From the NCBI GenBank assembly GCA_945877805.1, contig CAMCSM010000001.1, positions 10,221 through 74,220 on the forward strand: a stretch of DNA of 64,000 bases, written 5' to 3'. Below, in pieces: positions 39,501 through 48,750 of this stretch (position 1 is its first letter; each line of letters opens with the position of its first letter). The notes under the pieces are model-generated. The model searched no databases. It had not been told where the DNA came from and saw nothing but the letters and a program-made list of their open reading frames with translations. The DNA comes from Methylacidiphilum caldifontis (GTDB lineage: Bacteria > Verrucomicrobiota > Verrucomicrobiia > Methylacidiphilales > CAMAQI01). The position numbers and the translations under genes are program-made.

Positions 39501-39837
39501 GCCAATTCGAATTCTTATCCTGCGCAGCCGTTTCCACCCGAAATGGCAGTTTGATTTGAAACTCAATTGCGGATCCCTTCCCCGCGATCGTATGGGCTTC
39601 ATAAGTTTTTTGAATCGACCCCATCTCCGTGGCGATCTTTTCGAGTCGCACATTTCCCTTGGGTATAATCAAAAGATTAGGATCAGTGGAGGAAACCCCC
39701 AATGAAATCTCTTTAAATCCTACCCCTTGGCTTGATGCCACCGCCATGAGTCCGATGAACAAGAAAATGGCCTTATGTAAAACCAAAGCCTTAGAACGTG
39801 AAGTAATGCCGTTTTTTATAAAATTTAAAAAGATCAT
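36556..39837 (-). CDS. giant secreted uncharacterised protein, paralog B
   Basis: 1093 aa with a signal or TM N-terminus, colinear with paralog A (see 30394..34110). It is followed after 19 nt by the AraC gene. Confidence 0.7.
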   Translation of the reverse strand: MIFLNFIKNGITSRSKALVLHKAIFLFIGLMAVASSQGVGFKEISLGVSSTDPNLLIIPKGNVRLEKIATEMGSIQKTYEAHTIAGKGSAIEFQIKLPFRVETAAQDKNSNWLMMEVEEIHQRRKQVFGYTVLVNGQEVYFRSYEEMGAGPNHYFVPIPKENLTSSSIKVTFRNEGEESFSLARVWLYEDFFTLAQKEGVTKKMSVIEEAFILRNQDDKQKNNKTISWAERIKKPEIRQDIDYWKEMEDRFSKTVFSQGFMLDIPYAIHSEIEIEKKIDQYFERLSQYNLPLESQINFSAGEWGTHPNGPDGLGGYFSDVKYSKIAFDAQTQSYRTTWLNTPGSTTWPSFNNPQLMLYLKHRLDQAVRYFVDRRDLYKANGKSFPIPLIDHDWGISVEKDCNDFTMQAAEKNGLKLTPEDGYNEEEKIWLYRNIVQVPKRTAERFFKSVGRNPIIIDKGSIQLPQEQAFDQNYFHVWADPVDPFFDNAWAGYQHGMSENSWTTGELLPGLPEPYYEYMAAQGKVACSNLERACLPNWDYLQILYERGFQSVTLINARWGEGDLFLPQGETLDQKVARPVVHADPFLFDRQFRRDSDLGSKEVLFSQENVERSVSYNYNPELMRPIDRNISSSVVYHLKQDRPFNSSLDLTLTVNMPNKSSIDVMVGLTPESLKMVKKISKKDLFRENGHPWKTWTTVSLGNDFKEGNEVYLKLVLNAQNEEKFGIEKLRVTIPWGKTSGPLGEISTNVYQKRIMSLWIQERAVLERLQRRYLDLSGSDLAFQEANSLISQGKYRSAHRHLSGEISQKLPARFAIRGFGKLGFYPISIQLPDEKEVAVIDLLKVGSEGVEFLLKTEKESLCKLHVEGLKSGQTYLLTSSPMNRYQLLPSTGKTAIVAKEGKLDFEIKGSPQEKERVNLPSQFSGLCIDRNPSGITIETQDPRLWLENPIFVPINKETKLSRSQKGGSVIASSLPEKWDQVDLLVNDSGIAEAIVSISGKERGKIKSFTPAAVKGKTHNGIIELESGNRYEFSCMWGRTKIDVPPLNEFIRINSEKQLMAALAPGTEVDIVYSPYGVNGTLPRMVSLSQKKVQSK

Positions 39838-39872
39838 ATTTTTTTTTATTAAAGTATTGTTTTGGAGATTCT

Positions 39873-39890
39873 ATTACAAAGGCTTGTATA
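39873..39890. promoter_or_regulatory. candidate operator TACAA-AGGC-TTGTA (site 4)
   Basis: attacaaaggcttgtata lies about 36 nt upstream of the paralog B start. Confidence 0.5.
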
Positions 39891-39987
39891 AAATACCGAT
39901 TAATTTCGCTAAGTCAATAGCCGGAGTTTGAAAAAGGGAGGGAACCGATTCCCGTTTCCCTATAACAAATCCTTAATCGAATTCTCT

Positions 39988-42138
39988 CTAACGAGCCATA
40001 AGTCGATGCTGAATCGAAATTCGATCTCCTCCCTTCTGTTCCTCCAACAGAACGATCTCATTGACTCCCTCTTTCAACCATGAACGAGGAAGGACATAAT
40101 ACTGTTGGGAATACCGAACGTTTTCCTGGATATAAAGACCGCAATCTTTCGGATGCCAAACCTCATCCACACCATATCCATTCGCCTCCAGAAGCCAGTA
40201 ACGACCGATCATCCTTCCATTGACAAAGGCCATTCCTTTCCCCCAGAGCTCCAGATCCAGTCGCCAATCGAGCTCCTGCCTTAGATCCTCCGTGGAAAGC
40301 GTTATCGTGAATCGATGCCACGTCAATTTCTCCGAAGATGATTTTCCGGATCTCCATGGAATATTTTTTTGGTCAATATTTTCAAAGTTCAAAAACGGCC
40401 TGATTTTCCATTTTCGAAGCGGATTCTCGTTCCAGAACACTTCATCCCAAATCCCTTTTCGTTCGCAATGCATCGGACTGGAGATCGACCAATCCCCTTT
40501 CACCATTCCGATCGCCGTTGCGAGAATATCGATTTGATGATTACCCGGTTTGGCTTCAAAGACAAATTCGTGTAAATACCCATCCTCGAGCGGTTTCTCT
40601 GCTTGAACCGCCCAACTGTCCTCAAACGCCCCTGATTCTTTTCGGATCGCCTGTCTCAATATCGATCCGCGCCACTCCTTAAGGGGCGCCGAAGTTGAAC
40701 CGATTTTTTCACCATCACAATAGAGATAAAGGAAATCGGCTCCATAAGGGATCCGAATTCTCTGAATCCCTTCTTTTTCAACGAAAATTTCACAGCTATA
40801 CCAACAATAATCACTCCGGTCGTGAGTAAACTTTAATTGGTCCTCAGGCGTATCCACCTCGATCGGCGAGTCCTGGCGATCTTGTGGCATGGGCTCTGGA
40901 GCAGTTTCTATCGATTCGCAAATCTTACAAACGGTCCAGGGATTTTCCTGAATGTGAGTCGAAGCCCTTTCATAAAGGGCCAGAGAGTCGAAAATCACTC
41001 GTCCATTCGCGGAAAGAATCACTTCTGGAAGTCGTTGTCCATCCAGCCCCATCTTCTCTCCTTGGGATCGAAACGTAATTTGGACAACCTCTTCTTTCAA
41101 GGTAAATTGAACCTGCTCGACCTCTCCACTCTGGGTACAGGTACGCTCTCCCTCTATCAGCACTTGCTGTAAATCCTTGAGCACACGATGGAACTCGCAC
41201 AAATACAAGCCCACAGGGGTCACTCTCCCATACTCGTCCAAGCCCCAATCAAACCCATATGCGGTGCATTGTTGAAACATGGCGGTACGTCCAAAATTCG
41301 TTCCCCCGAACCACATGTAATAATTAAAGCCGCTTCCTCCCTGCGCGATAAACCGAAGAATCGCATAGGCGACATGTCGAACGTCCCTGTGATGGGGTGC
41401 AAAACCCCACGTATTATACCATCCCGGCCAAAGCTCAGTCCAAATCAAAGGGGCATCAGGCTGCTTCGCTCGCAATTTTTCAACAATCTCTTGTTTAATG
41501 TTAAAGCCATTCGCACATTCGATGGCCCCGGGAGTTCCCCCTTCGCACGTCATCAATGGGACATCGACTCCGCTCTTTTGAACGAGATCAACGATCCACG
41601 CATTGTATTTGACCCCCTCCTCGCCATACCACTTACCGACGACACTATATTCATTCTCGACCTGAACCATCGTCACCGCGCCTCCCCTCGTCGCCAAATG
41701 GGGGATAAAAACTTCAAAAAGTTTTTTAAAATAAATCTCAACCCTTTCCATAAAAGCGGGGTTAAAGGTTCTAAAAACAATCCCCGGTTCATCGCGAAGC
41801 CAGCAGGGAAATCCTCCGTAGTTCCATTCTCCACAGCTATAGGGTCCTATTCTTAAAAAGACCTTTAAGCCCTTCTTCCGACAGAGAGTCAAAAATCGTC
41901 CCAGATCACGATTTTCCGAAAAATTAAAAACCCCTTTTTCCTCTTCATGAAAATTCCAAAAAATATAGGTCGCAATCGTATTGATCCCCATCTTGACACA
42001 ATTCTCCAGCGCGCGATCCCAATCCTCTGCATCCAAGCGGGAATAATGAAACTCCCCACTGATCAGAATTTCACGCTGCCCATTAAAAATGAATGATTTC
42101 TGGTCGAATTCGATACTCTTCATTAATTCGCTTTTCAT
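39988..42138 (-). CDS. GH35 beta-galactosidase
   Basis: 716 aa with the blocks GEFHYSR, NTIATYIFWNFHE, GPYSCGEWNYGGFPCWL and VQVENEY. Confidence 0.9.
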   Translation of the reverse strand: MKSELMKSIEFDQKSFIFNGQREILISGEFHYSRLDAEDWDRALENCVKMGINTIATYIFWNFHEEEKGVFNFSENRDLGRFLTLCRKKGLKVFLRIGPYSCGEWNYGGFPCWLRDEPGIVFRTFNPAFMERVEIYFKKLFEVFIPHLATRGGAVTMVQVENEYSVVGKWYGEEGVKYNAWIVDLVQKSGVDVPLMTCEGGTPGAIECANGFNIKQEIVEKLRAKQPDAPLIWTELWPGWYNTWGFAPHHRDVRHVAYAILRFIAQGGSGFNYYMWFGGTNFGRTAMFQQCTAYGFDWGLDEYGRVTPVGLYLCEFHRVLKDLQQVLIEGERTCTQSGEVEQVQFTLKEEVVQITFRSQGEKMGLDGQRLPEVILSANGRVIFDSLALYERASTHIQENPWTVCKICESIETAPEPMPQDRQDSPIEVDTPEDQLKFTHDRSDYCWYSCEIFVEKEGIQRIRIPYGADFLYLYCDGEKIGSTSAPLKEWRGSILRQAIRKESGAFEDSWAVQAEKPLEDGYLHEFVFEAKPGNHQIDILATAIGMVKGDWSISSPMHCERKGIWDEVFWNENPLRKWKIRPFLNFENIDQKNIPWRSGKSSSEKLTWHRFTITLSTEDLRQELDWRLDLELWGKGMAFVNGRMIGRYWLLEANGYGVDEVWHPKDCGLYIQENVRYSQQYYVLPRSWLKEGVNEIVLLEEQKGGDRISIQHRLMAR

Positions 42139-42147
42139 ATACAGGTT

Positions 42148-42669
42148 TTACCTATTTTGCTCGGATTTAGGCTCAAAAAAAATCGACCAAAGACTTTTCT
42201 TTCTGAGTAAGATTATTGTACAACCGTTTGTATTATTTTCAAGCCTATTTTTTATAAAAAGGACAAGGGCACTCAGGATGACGGTGTCTCGTATGATCCA
42301 CCAGAGATACTGAGAGCGATTTTGAGCAGAGGATTTCCCAAAACAACCACAAGTGATATCAAGTCCTCTGATCCATGCCTGAAGCATCGCAGAGATGAAA
42401 AAAAGCATCATCAACAAGAGGATCATGGAGGCACCCAGATCTATTTTATTGAAGAGAATAGAAAGTCCGCAAAGAATTTCTAAAATCGGAATAAAATAAG
42501 CGAAAAAAACTGAAAATGAATAGGAGATCAGTTGATAGGATTCGATCGTTTGGATGAAATCCACTGGCGACAGAATTTTAACGACTCCTGCCCAAAGAAA
42601 GAGGAGTGCAAGTCCAAAGCGAAGGATTTGTTCGATGATCAGCGTCCGTTTAATTTCCATGATTCCCAA
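42148..42669 (-). CDS. MauE/DoxX-family membrane protein
   Basis: 173 aa with four TM helices and the N-terminal block RFGLALLFLWAGVVKILSPVDF, typical of MauE/DoxX. Overlaps the rhodanese gene's 3' end. Confidence 0.7.
   Translation of the reverse strand: MGIMEIKRTLIIEQILRFGLALLFLWAGVVKILSPVDFIQTIESYQLISYSFSVFFAYFIPILEILCGLSILFNKIDLGASMILLLMMLFFISAMLQAWIRGLDITCGCFGKSSAQNRSQYLWWIIRDTVILSALVLFIKNRLENNTNGCTIILLRKKSLWSIFFEPKSEQNR
42217..42234. promoter_or_regulatory. candidate operator TACAA-CCGT-TTGTA (site 5), embedded in the 3' end of the MauE-like ORF
   Basis: attattgTACAACCGTTTGTAttatt lies 81-94 nt upstream of the GH35 start. Its flanks resemble site 1. Confidence 0.5.
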
Positions 42670-43061
42670 CCTCCGTGTAACACATAAACATTCAAAAAAC
42701 CGGCTGACCTCATTTGATCTGCGATGACTTTACTCGTATGGCAGCTTTGACTGCTACAATAGACGACGATATTTTGAGTTCCATTCCAAGCATTAAAAAT
42801 AATCGGAAGCTGATCCTCCCAATGATCTTCGTTAAGAGGAAGCGCATGAGGGATATGCTCTTGAAAATAATCATTATCAGAACGAGAATCGACCCATAAC
42901 GGATTCAATAACAAAGCCTCTTTTAAATCGATCTCCTCTTTTAACAAAGAAGTCCGAGTAAGGAGGGGGCGATGGGGATCAATTTCATAATGCACAAGAG
43001 AAAGTACCAGCGCGATACAAAATAAGAGGGAGGACTGGGAAATTATTTTTTTAATTTCCAT
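42639..43061 (-). CDS. rhodanese-like domain protein
   Basis: 140 aa with an N-terminal TM or signal segment and the active-site loop VVYCSSQSCHTS followed by VLHGGWESW. Confidence 0.8.
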   Translation of the reverse strand: MEIKKIISQSSLLFCIALVLSLVHYEIDPHRPLLTRTSLLKEEIDLKEALLLNPLWVDSRSDNDYFQEHIPHALPLNEDHWEDQLPIIFNAWNGTQNIVVYCSSQSCHTSKVIADQMRSAGFLNVYVLHGGWESWKLNGR

Positions 43062-43064
43062 AAA

Positions 43065-43739
43065 TTAGGGAGATGATGAAGATTGTTTTGGATCTTTTAT
43101 TTCGATATAGATCGTCGCAGGCTTCGAGGGCTTGTCGTCAATCAGTATTGGAATTTCTACGGATATTGAATCGGCGTGTGATGTATCCGTTGCCTTGACT
43201 TCAAGCTCATATATTTCATCTTTTTTTATTTCATTCATTTTAATAAAGAAGTGATGAAAGGAGGCCTCCTGAAGTTCTAATTTAACATCGTAGGATTTAT
43301 CAATCGTAATCACAGACTTTTTTGAAGAGATTTTTTCTCCGAGAGTCCAAAAAACAAGACGGGGAGAAATTTTAAAGGGCTGAGGGATATCGACCTCGAA
43401 AGCGAGCGTGATAACTGGGGTTTTTGAGTCAGTGGATTCGACTAGAATCTCCTTTTTTTGGAGGCCGGTTCGAGTACTCATATCAAAAGAGACAGAAATT
43501 TCTCCGGACTCATTTGGCTTGTAGGTAGTCTTAGGGATTTTGGCAAACGTACAATCACAGGAGGGTTGGACTTTGGTGATCGTGATGCTTGTCTTTCCGA
43601 TATTTTTAAATTTATAAACAAAATCGACTTTGGCTTCGTTTATTCCAGCTTTATATTTTTGAAAAACATTTTCCCAAAGAAGTTCAGCTCGTAATGTCGT
43701 AAAAGTAAGTAGTGAAAGAATTAAAAGTTTAAAAATCAT
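43065..43739 (-). CDS. DUF1573 domain protein
   Basis: 224 aa with a signal peptide and the YKFKNIGKTSITITKVQPSCDCT block characteristic of DUF1573. Confidence 0.8.
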   Translation of the reverse strand: MIFKLLILSLLTFTTLRAELLWENVFQKYKAGINEAKVDFVYKFKNIGKTSITITKVQPSCDCTFAKIPKTTYKPNESGEISVSFDMSTRTGLQKKEILVESTDSKTPVITLAFEVDIPQPFKISPRLVFWTLGEKISSKKSVITIDKSYDVKLELQEASFHHFFIKMNEIKKDEIYELEVKATDTSHADSISVEIPILIDDKPSKPATIYIEIKDPKQSSSSP

Positions 43740-43821
43740 AGAATAAATTAGTTAAATTATACCTCAAATAAATAGAATAAATATTAAATGGTAGGTCGTA
43801 GTTTTGTTAGAATTGTCCAAG

Positions 43822-45312
43822 TCATTTTATCATCATTTTTTCGACGCCGGAGAGAAGTGCTATTCCCTGAACCCGATTGAGTTCAATAAGGGATTTATCA
43901 AGATCTGAAATGGCAAGATTTTCGCTGCTTTCCGCATTTGCTAAATCTCTCTGAATTTGGAGGAGATTAAAAGTAGTGCTAATGCCCTCTTTGAGTTTTA
44001 ACTCCTCAACATGTAGCGATTCTTCTGTAAATCTTCGAGCCTCTCTTGCACTTAATACCTTTTCTCGATTTACTGAGACTTGTCCGAGTGAGTTATCAAT
44101 CTCCGCATATATTTCTTGTTCTCGTTTTTTAAGTAGAATGACCGATTGCTGTTTTTTAAGTTTCGCCTCTGTTAATTTTCCATCCGCAACACGATTTTGG
44201 AACAAATAGGTGAATCTAAATCCAAACTGCCACGACTTTTTTTCAAACTCTAATGAATTTGAATAGCTTTTCTGTAATTCTTCATCCTGACCGGAATAAC
44301 CGTAGCTTCCTGTGAGATCAAAAGAAGGCAACTTTTGATTTTCCAGATATTTTATTTGAATGTGATTCTTTTCTAATTCCTGGTTGATTTGCCGATAATC
44401 TGGACGATTTACGAATGCGGTTTGAATCGCTTTCTCTAAGGGGGGAAGGGGTAATTCTATGGGATCAGTATGCGAGGGAATTATCGTTTTGCCAAACCAC
44501 GGAAAGATTTCCGAAGTGATTAAAAGAAGGAGTTTATTTTGCTGATCCTGTATTTGTCGAGTCGCGACAGATAAGGCCTGCTGTCGAGTTGCGACCTCCG
44601 CATGTGCTCGTGAAATATCGAGGGAAGTCATAACGCCGATTTCAACTCTTTTTTGATTATCCTCCAGGAGCCGAGTGGCGAGCGATAAAGACTTTTCCTT
44701 GGCTTTAAAATCCTGACGAGCGAATACCAGATCACTATAAGTAGTTGCGACCTCACTCACAATTCTATCGATTTGACCTTGATAGGCGGTTATTGAAATT
44801 TCCAAGGAACGACGGGAGGTGTTTATAAGCACCATATTCGTCTCCATTCCAAAATCCTTAAGAAGGGGCTGGATGACGCTCACACCGATAAACGAAGAGT
44901 ATAAACGATCGAAGTCATTTACATTCGAAGTAGAATTAAGGTAATTATTGCTAAGCCCAAAAGTAGTTCCAAGCGCTATTTTTTGACTCAGTTCACTCTG
45001 AAATTGCGTTGATCTTGATTGACTGATCGAATCTGAAAAAGAAGGGACTTGTGACTCTCCGTATTGTCCATTTGTTATTAATTTTAAATCATAATCGCCT
45101 TGGCTTTCGTTCAGGTTAGCCTTTGATATTTCCGGATTCAGGCGGTGAAATGCGAGGTCGATATTTTTATCCAATGCCATACGTACACATTCAGAAAGCG
45201 TTAACGAGACCTCCTCAGCACCAAGAAATGAAACTAAAAAATAGAGAATTAATATAATATTTCTTGCTTTAATCCGGAACGACAAAATAAATCGAGACAG
45301 TAATTTATTCAT
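43822..45312 (-). CDS. TolC-family outer membrane efflux protein
   Basis: The N-terminus after the signal peptide reads LTLSECVRMALDKNIDLAF, and two coiled repeat halves follow. The track ORF extends to 45336; MNKLLSRF at 45312 is the more likely start. Confidence 0.8.
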   Translation of the reverse strand: MNKLLSRFILSFRIKARNIILILYFLVSFLGAEEVSLTLSECVRMALDKNIDLAFHRLNPEISKANLNESQGDYDLKLITNGQYGESQVPSFSDSISQSRSTQFQSELSQKIALGTTFGLSNNYLNSTSNVNDFDRLYSSFIGVSVIQPLLKDFGMETNMVLINTSRRSLEISITAYQGQIDRIVSEVATTYSDLVFARQDFKAKEKSLSLATRLLEDNQKRVEIGVMTSLDISRAHAEVATRQQALSVATRQIQDQQNKLLLLITSEIFPWFGKTIIPSHTDPIELPLPPLEKAIQTAFVNRPDYRQINQELEKNHIQIKYLENQKLPSFDLTGSYGYSGQDEELQKSYSNSLEFEKKSWQFGFRFTYLFQNRVADGKLTEAKLKKQQSVILLKKREQEIYAEIDNSLGQVSVNREKVLSAREARRFTEESLHVEELKLKEGISTTFNLLQIQRDLANAESSENLAISDLDKSLIELNRVQGIALLSGVEKMMIK

Positions 45313-46540
45313 ATCGCAAAGCCTCAATGGGATCAAGATAGGTGGCTTTTAAGGCGGGATAAATCCCCGCTAACACTCCCATTATAATACTAAAGCTAAA
45401 CCCGATAACTAATGTGCTATAATTTAAAATAGGCGGATATTCTACGATTATTTTTTTTAATAAATCAATCAAGTAAATACTAAGAATGAGTCCCAATCCC
45501 CCCCCCAACACACTGAGCATAATCGATTCGGAAATAAACTGGATAAAGATGTCGGAATCCCAGGCCCCGAGGGCCTTACGTACCCCAATTTCTCGAATTC
45601 TTTCTGTGATCGAGGCCAACATAAGATTCATGATTCCTATCCCTCCGATGACAAGAGTTATTCCTCCAATAGAAAATCCTGCGATCATGAATCCCTTTTT
45701 TATTTTTTCAAATTGGCGAACGTATTCCTCAAGAGTTTCGATATTAAAATTATGAATTCCTTTATGAGTGATTTTCATGATATTTTCGATCGCTTTAACC
45801 GTTTCACGGATTTGAGTGATATCTCGTATTTGAATCTGAATAGAGGTTAAATCATTTTTGGAGGTCAATTTTCGTCTGACAGTCGTTAATGGAATATAAA
45901 CAATCTTATTTTTTTTAGGAAGGGATCCGCCATACGGATCCTCTTCCTCTTCTGGATAGACTTTATAGTACTTACTTTTTCCGACTACCTCAAAGGGGAT
46001 TCCATTGACGTTTACAAACGATCCTTCGATGCTTTCTCTTGGAGAAAAAAGATCTCGATAAGCAAGAGCTCCTAAAAAAATTACATTTCCTGAGCTTTCA
46101 ATATCGAATGACTTTAAAAGTCGACCCTTATCTTCCTGTACACGCTCGACCTCAAAAATTTCAGGAGTGCACCCTAAAGCTTTCCCACGAAACACCTTCC
46201 CATTTCGAGTAATCACCGTATCCAGGCTGATTTCTGGAGAAACTCGTATCACCTCCGGTTTAAATGAGGAAAGAGCATGAACATCTTCTAGATTACATTG
46301 AGGCGCGATCCCTCTGAAGAAACGTTGAGATTCAGGAACATCATCATTAAAAATAGTAATTTTATTAAGCCCCCCCAACTCCCTCATCATCACGGAGTAG
46401 CTTTCAAATAGTCCTTCCATAAAGCTGAGAGTGAGAATCAGCGAACAGACCCCGATCATAACGCAAAATAGAGAAAGAAAGGAGCGTAGTTTATGCGCCC
46501 TAATTTCACGAATTCCGCTTCCGATTCTGCACCAGAACAT
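45305..46540 (-). CDS. ABC transporter permease (MacB/FtsX type)
   Basis: Begins IREIRAHKLRSFLSLFCVMIGV, has a large periplasmic domain and a C-terminal FtsX 3-TM bundle (RKALGAW...). The ATG at 46540 overlaps the ATPase stop by 1 nt (TAATG). Confidence 0.85.
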   Translation of the reverse strand: MFWCRIGSGIREIRAHKLRSFLSLFCVMIGVCSLILTLSFMEGLFESYSVMMRELGGLNKITIFNDDVPESQRFFRGIAPQCNLEDVHALSSFKPEVIRVSPEISLDTVITRNGKVFRGKALGCTPEIFEVERVQEDKGRLLKSFDIESSGNVIFLGALAYRDLFSPRESIEGSFVNVNGIPFEVVGKSKYYKVYPEEEEDPYGGSLPKKNKIVYIPLTTVRRKLTSKNDLTSIQIQIRDITQIRETVKAIENIMKITHKGIHNFNIETLEEYVRQFEKIKKGFMIAGFSIGGITLVIGGIGIMNLMLASITERIREIGVRKALGAWDSDIFIQFISESIMLSVLGGGLGLILSIYLIDLLKKIIVEYPPILNYSTLVIGFSFSIIMGVLAGIYPALKATYLDPIEALRYE

Positions 46541-47220
46541 TATCGTAACTCCATCGATTCTATTTTTCCATCCTTCACAATCATCTGCCGATGGCAATGA
46601 CCTGCGACCAGGGGATCATGTGTCACTAAAACAATCGTACGACCTTCATGATGGAGCGATTCAAAAATCTCCAAAATCATGGCTGCCGTCTTACTGTCAA
46701 GATTTCCAGTGGGTTCATCCGCAAGGATGATTTTAGGATTATTCAAGAGGGCACGAGCAATCGCCGCTCTTTGTTTTTGGCCTCCGGAAAGCTGATTGGG
46801 GAGATGATTTAGACGATTCCCCATTCCTACTTTATTCAAAGCGGTATGGGCTCTCTCTAATACTTTTGACTCAGGATGACGCTGATACACATAAGGCAAA
46901 AGCGTATTTTCCAAAACAGAGAGGCGGGGGAGAAGGTTGAAGGATTGGAAAACAAAACCGATTTTTTCAGAGCGAATCACGGCTCTTTCTCGAGAATTCA
47001 AACTTGAAAATTCAGTTCCTTCAAATTGAATTGAACCAGAGCTGGGTTGATCTAAAAAACCAAGGAGATGCATGATCGTTGATTTCCCCGATCCGGATGA
47101 GCCTCGAATAGCGATAGAGTCTCCTTCCTCGATTAAAAAGGAGACTTCATCGAGCGCTTTTATCCTCTCTGAACCCATCTTATAAATCTTGCTTACTTTT
47201 TTAAATTCAATGAGGGGCAT
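46540..47220 (-). CDS. ABC transporter ATP-binding protein (MacB/LolD type)
   Basis: 226 aa with Walker A (GSSGSGKST), the signature LSGGQKQR and Walker B (ILADEPTGNLD). Confidence 0.9.
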   Translation of the reverse strand: MPLIEFKKVSKIYKMGSERIKALDEVSFLIEEGDSIAIRGSSGSGKSTIMHLLGFLDQPSSGSIQFEGTEFSSLNSRERAVIRSEKIGFVFQSFNLLPRLSVLENTLLPYVYQRHPESKVLERAHTALNKVGMGNRLNHLPNQLSGGQKQRAAIARALLNNPKIILADEPTGNLDSKTAAMILEIFESLHHEGRTIVLVTHDPLVAGHCHRQMIVKDGKIESMELR

Positions 47221-47221
47221 C

Positions 47222-48334
47222 TTATTTTCCTAAAAATTCAGGAGGGATGATTAACGATACCGTTTCGGTATCCTTCAATCCCTCACGGATCTCAATGAGG
47301 TTAGCATTATGAACGCCTGTTATTACTGAGCGTTGTTCGTACTTCCCTTCTAAATTTAAGACATAAACAGAGGAATTTCCCTCCTCTTGAAAAACGGCGG
47401 CGAGCGGCAATGTTAATATATTTTTAAATTCTGCGATTTTAATCAAGACTTGGACTCCCATTCCAGGCCGGACAAGCGGATTTTCTGTCGTAAAATGGAT
47501 TCGAATTGGAAAACTGCGAATCTCCTGATCACTTCCTTTCGCTGTGGCGTAGGGATAAATATAAGAGATATTTCCTATTATATTAACTCCTGGAATTCCA
47601 TAGAATGAGAGTTCCACGGGAAGTCCGGACTGAAGTTTCGTGACATCTATTTCGCTCACATCCGCTTTGACCTCCAGCGAATTTACATTCCCTAAATACA
47701 TCAGGGTTGTACCTGATGATATTCCATCTGCGCCAACAACAACCGCCCCAACCATAACGGGTAGACTCAAAACCTCTGCATCAAAAGGAGCTCGAATCGA
47801 GGTCTTAAGAAGATCTTGTTGTAGGGTTTTAAGACGTACTTTTTGAAGTTGATAATCATTTTCTGCGATACGTGAGTCAATGCTCGTATCCTCAAATTCT
47901 TTTTTAGAAATTAAATCCTGCTTATAAAGGGCTTTTTTTCGAACGATTTCTTGCTGAATTTTTTCTGATTGAAGCCTGGTTGATTCAATGCTTAGGAGCG
48001 ATTCATTCACCTGGCTCTCTAATTTTCCCCGATCCAATTCAATTAAAATCTGATCCTTGACCACTTTTGCGCTCGGTTTTACGAGGATTTTATCGATCTG
48101 TCCCCTAATTTCTGACTTAAGTTCCACACTTTGAATGCAAGCCACTTCACCATTACATACCAAGGTCTGAATGATCTCTTTATATTCTGCTTTTACGGAT
48201 GGAATGGCCAATATTGCCTCTTGTTTTTTTAAAATTAACTTATCTTTTTGATAGAGATAAATAAATCCACTTAATAGAACAATGATCCCAAAGATAATTC
48301 CTATCTTTATTATTTTTTGTATTCGATTGCTCAT
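47222..48334 (-). CDS. efflux periplasmic adaptor (MacA/HlyD_D23 family)
   Basis: 370 aa with an N-terminal TM helix, a lipoyl-like block (ILVKPSAKVVKDQILIELD), a coiled-coil hairpin and a beta-barrel. Confidence 0.8.
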   Translation of the reverse strand: MSNRIQKIIKIGIIFGIIVLLSGFIYLYQKDKLILKKQEAILAIPSVKAEYKEIIQTLVCNGEVACIQSVELKSEIRGQIDKILVKPSAKVVKDQILIELDRGKLESQVNESLLSIESTRLQSEKIQQEIVRKKALYKQDLISKKEFEDTSIDSRIAENDYQLQKVRLKTLQQDLLKTSIRAPFDAEVLSLPVMVGAVVVGADGISSGTTLMYLGNVNSLEVKADVSEIDVTKLQSGLPVELSFYGIPGVNIIGNISYIYPYATAKGSDQEIRSFPIRIHFTTENPLVRPGMGVQVLIKIAEFKNILTLPLAAVFQEEGNSSVYVLNLEGKYEQRSVITGVHNANLIEIREGLKDTETVSLIIPPEFLGK

Positions 48335-48419
48335 TATGAATTATTTATCGAAATTATTTCTAAGCATTTATTTTAATTCTTAGATTTTAATTTAAACGAC
48401 AGAAATGATTTAAACTGAA

Positions 48420-48450
48420 CTCCTCTGCGCATTGCGCAGAGGAGTTTTTT
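48420..48450. terminator. strong GC hairpin between the peptide gene and macA (terminator or attenuator candidate)
   Basis: ctcctctgcgc-att-gcgcagaggag (11-bp perfect stem) followed by T6 on the plus strand. For minus-strand transcripts the stem is followed by UUCAGUUUAAAU, which is only moderately U-rich. Confidence 0.55.
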
Positions 48451-48542
48451 ATGCCTGAGTAGAATAATCAAGCATCCAAGTATGATTTTAAATCTTTAAA
48501 CTCGTTTCTTCTCATGAAAAAACGAGGGAAAAGTAAAAATCT

Positions 48543-48737
48543 TTACTTAACGTCATTGCCTAATGGGCGGTTAACAGGACATCCTCTGCAAGCTCCTGTT
48601 ACAGTGAATGTAAATGGTTTTTTAAATCTATCACTATAATAACTTTTACTGTTTCCGCTTCCAGATGCCTGAGCCTCGGTTGTAGGAAGGAGATTTAACA
48701 CTGTTCCTACAATTGTAAGAATTAACATTTTTTTCAT
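48543..48737 (-). CDS. small secreted CxxC peptide (64-aa precursor)
   Basis: Signal peptide MKKMLILTIVGTVLNLLPTTEAQA followed by a basic 40-aa tail SGSGNSKSYYSDRFKKPFTFTVTGACRGCPVNRPLGNDVK. First gene upstream of the MacAB-TolC genes. Confidence 0.5.
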   Translation of the reverse strand: MKKMLILTIVGTVLNLLPTTEAQASGSGNSKSYYSDRFKKPFTFTVTGACRGCPVNRPLGNDVK

Positions 48738-48750
48738 TTATTATCCTTTT

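Noticed and set aside
41188-41856. 222-aa plus-strand ORF inside GH35
   Set aside because: It is antisense to a gene with complete GH35 motifs. The translation is Pro/Arg/Ser-rich, as is typical of shadow frames.
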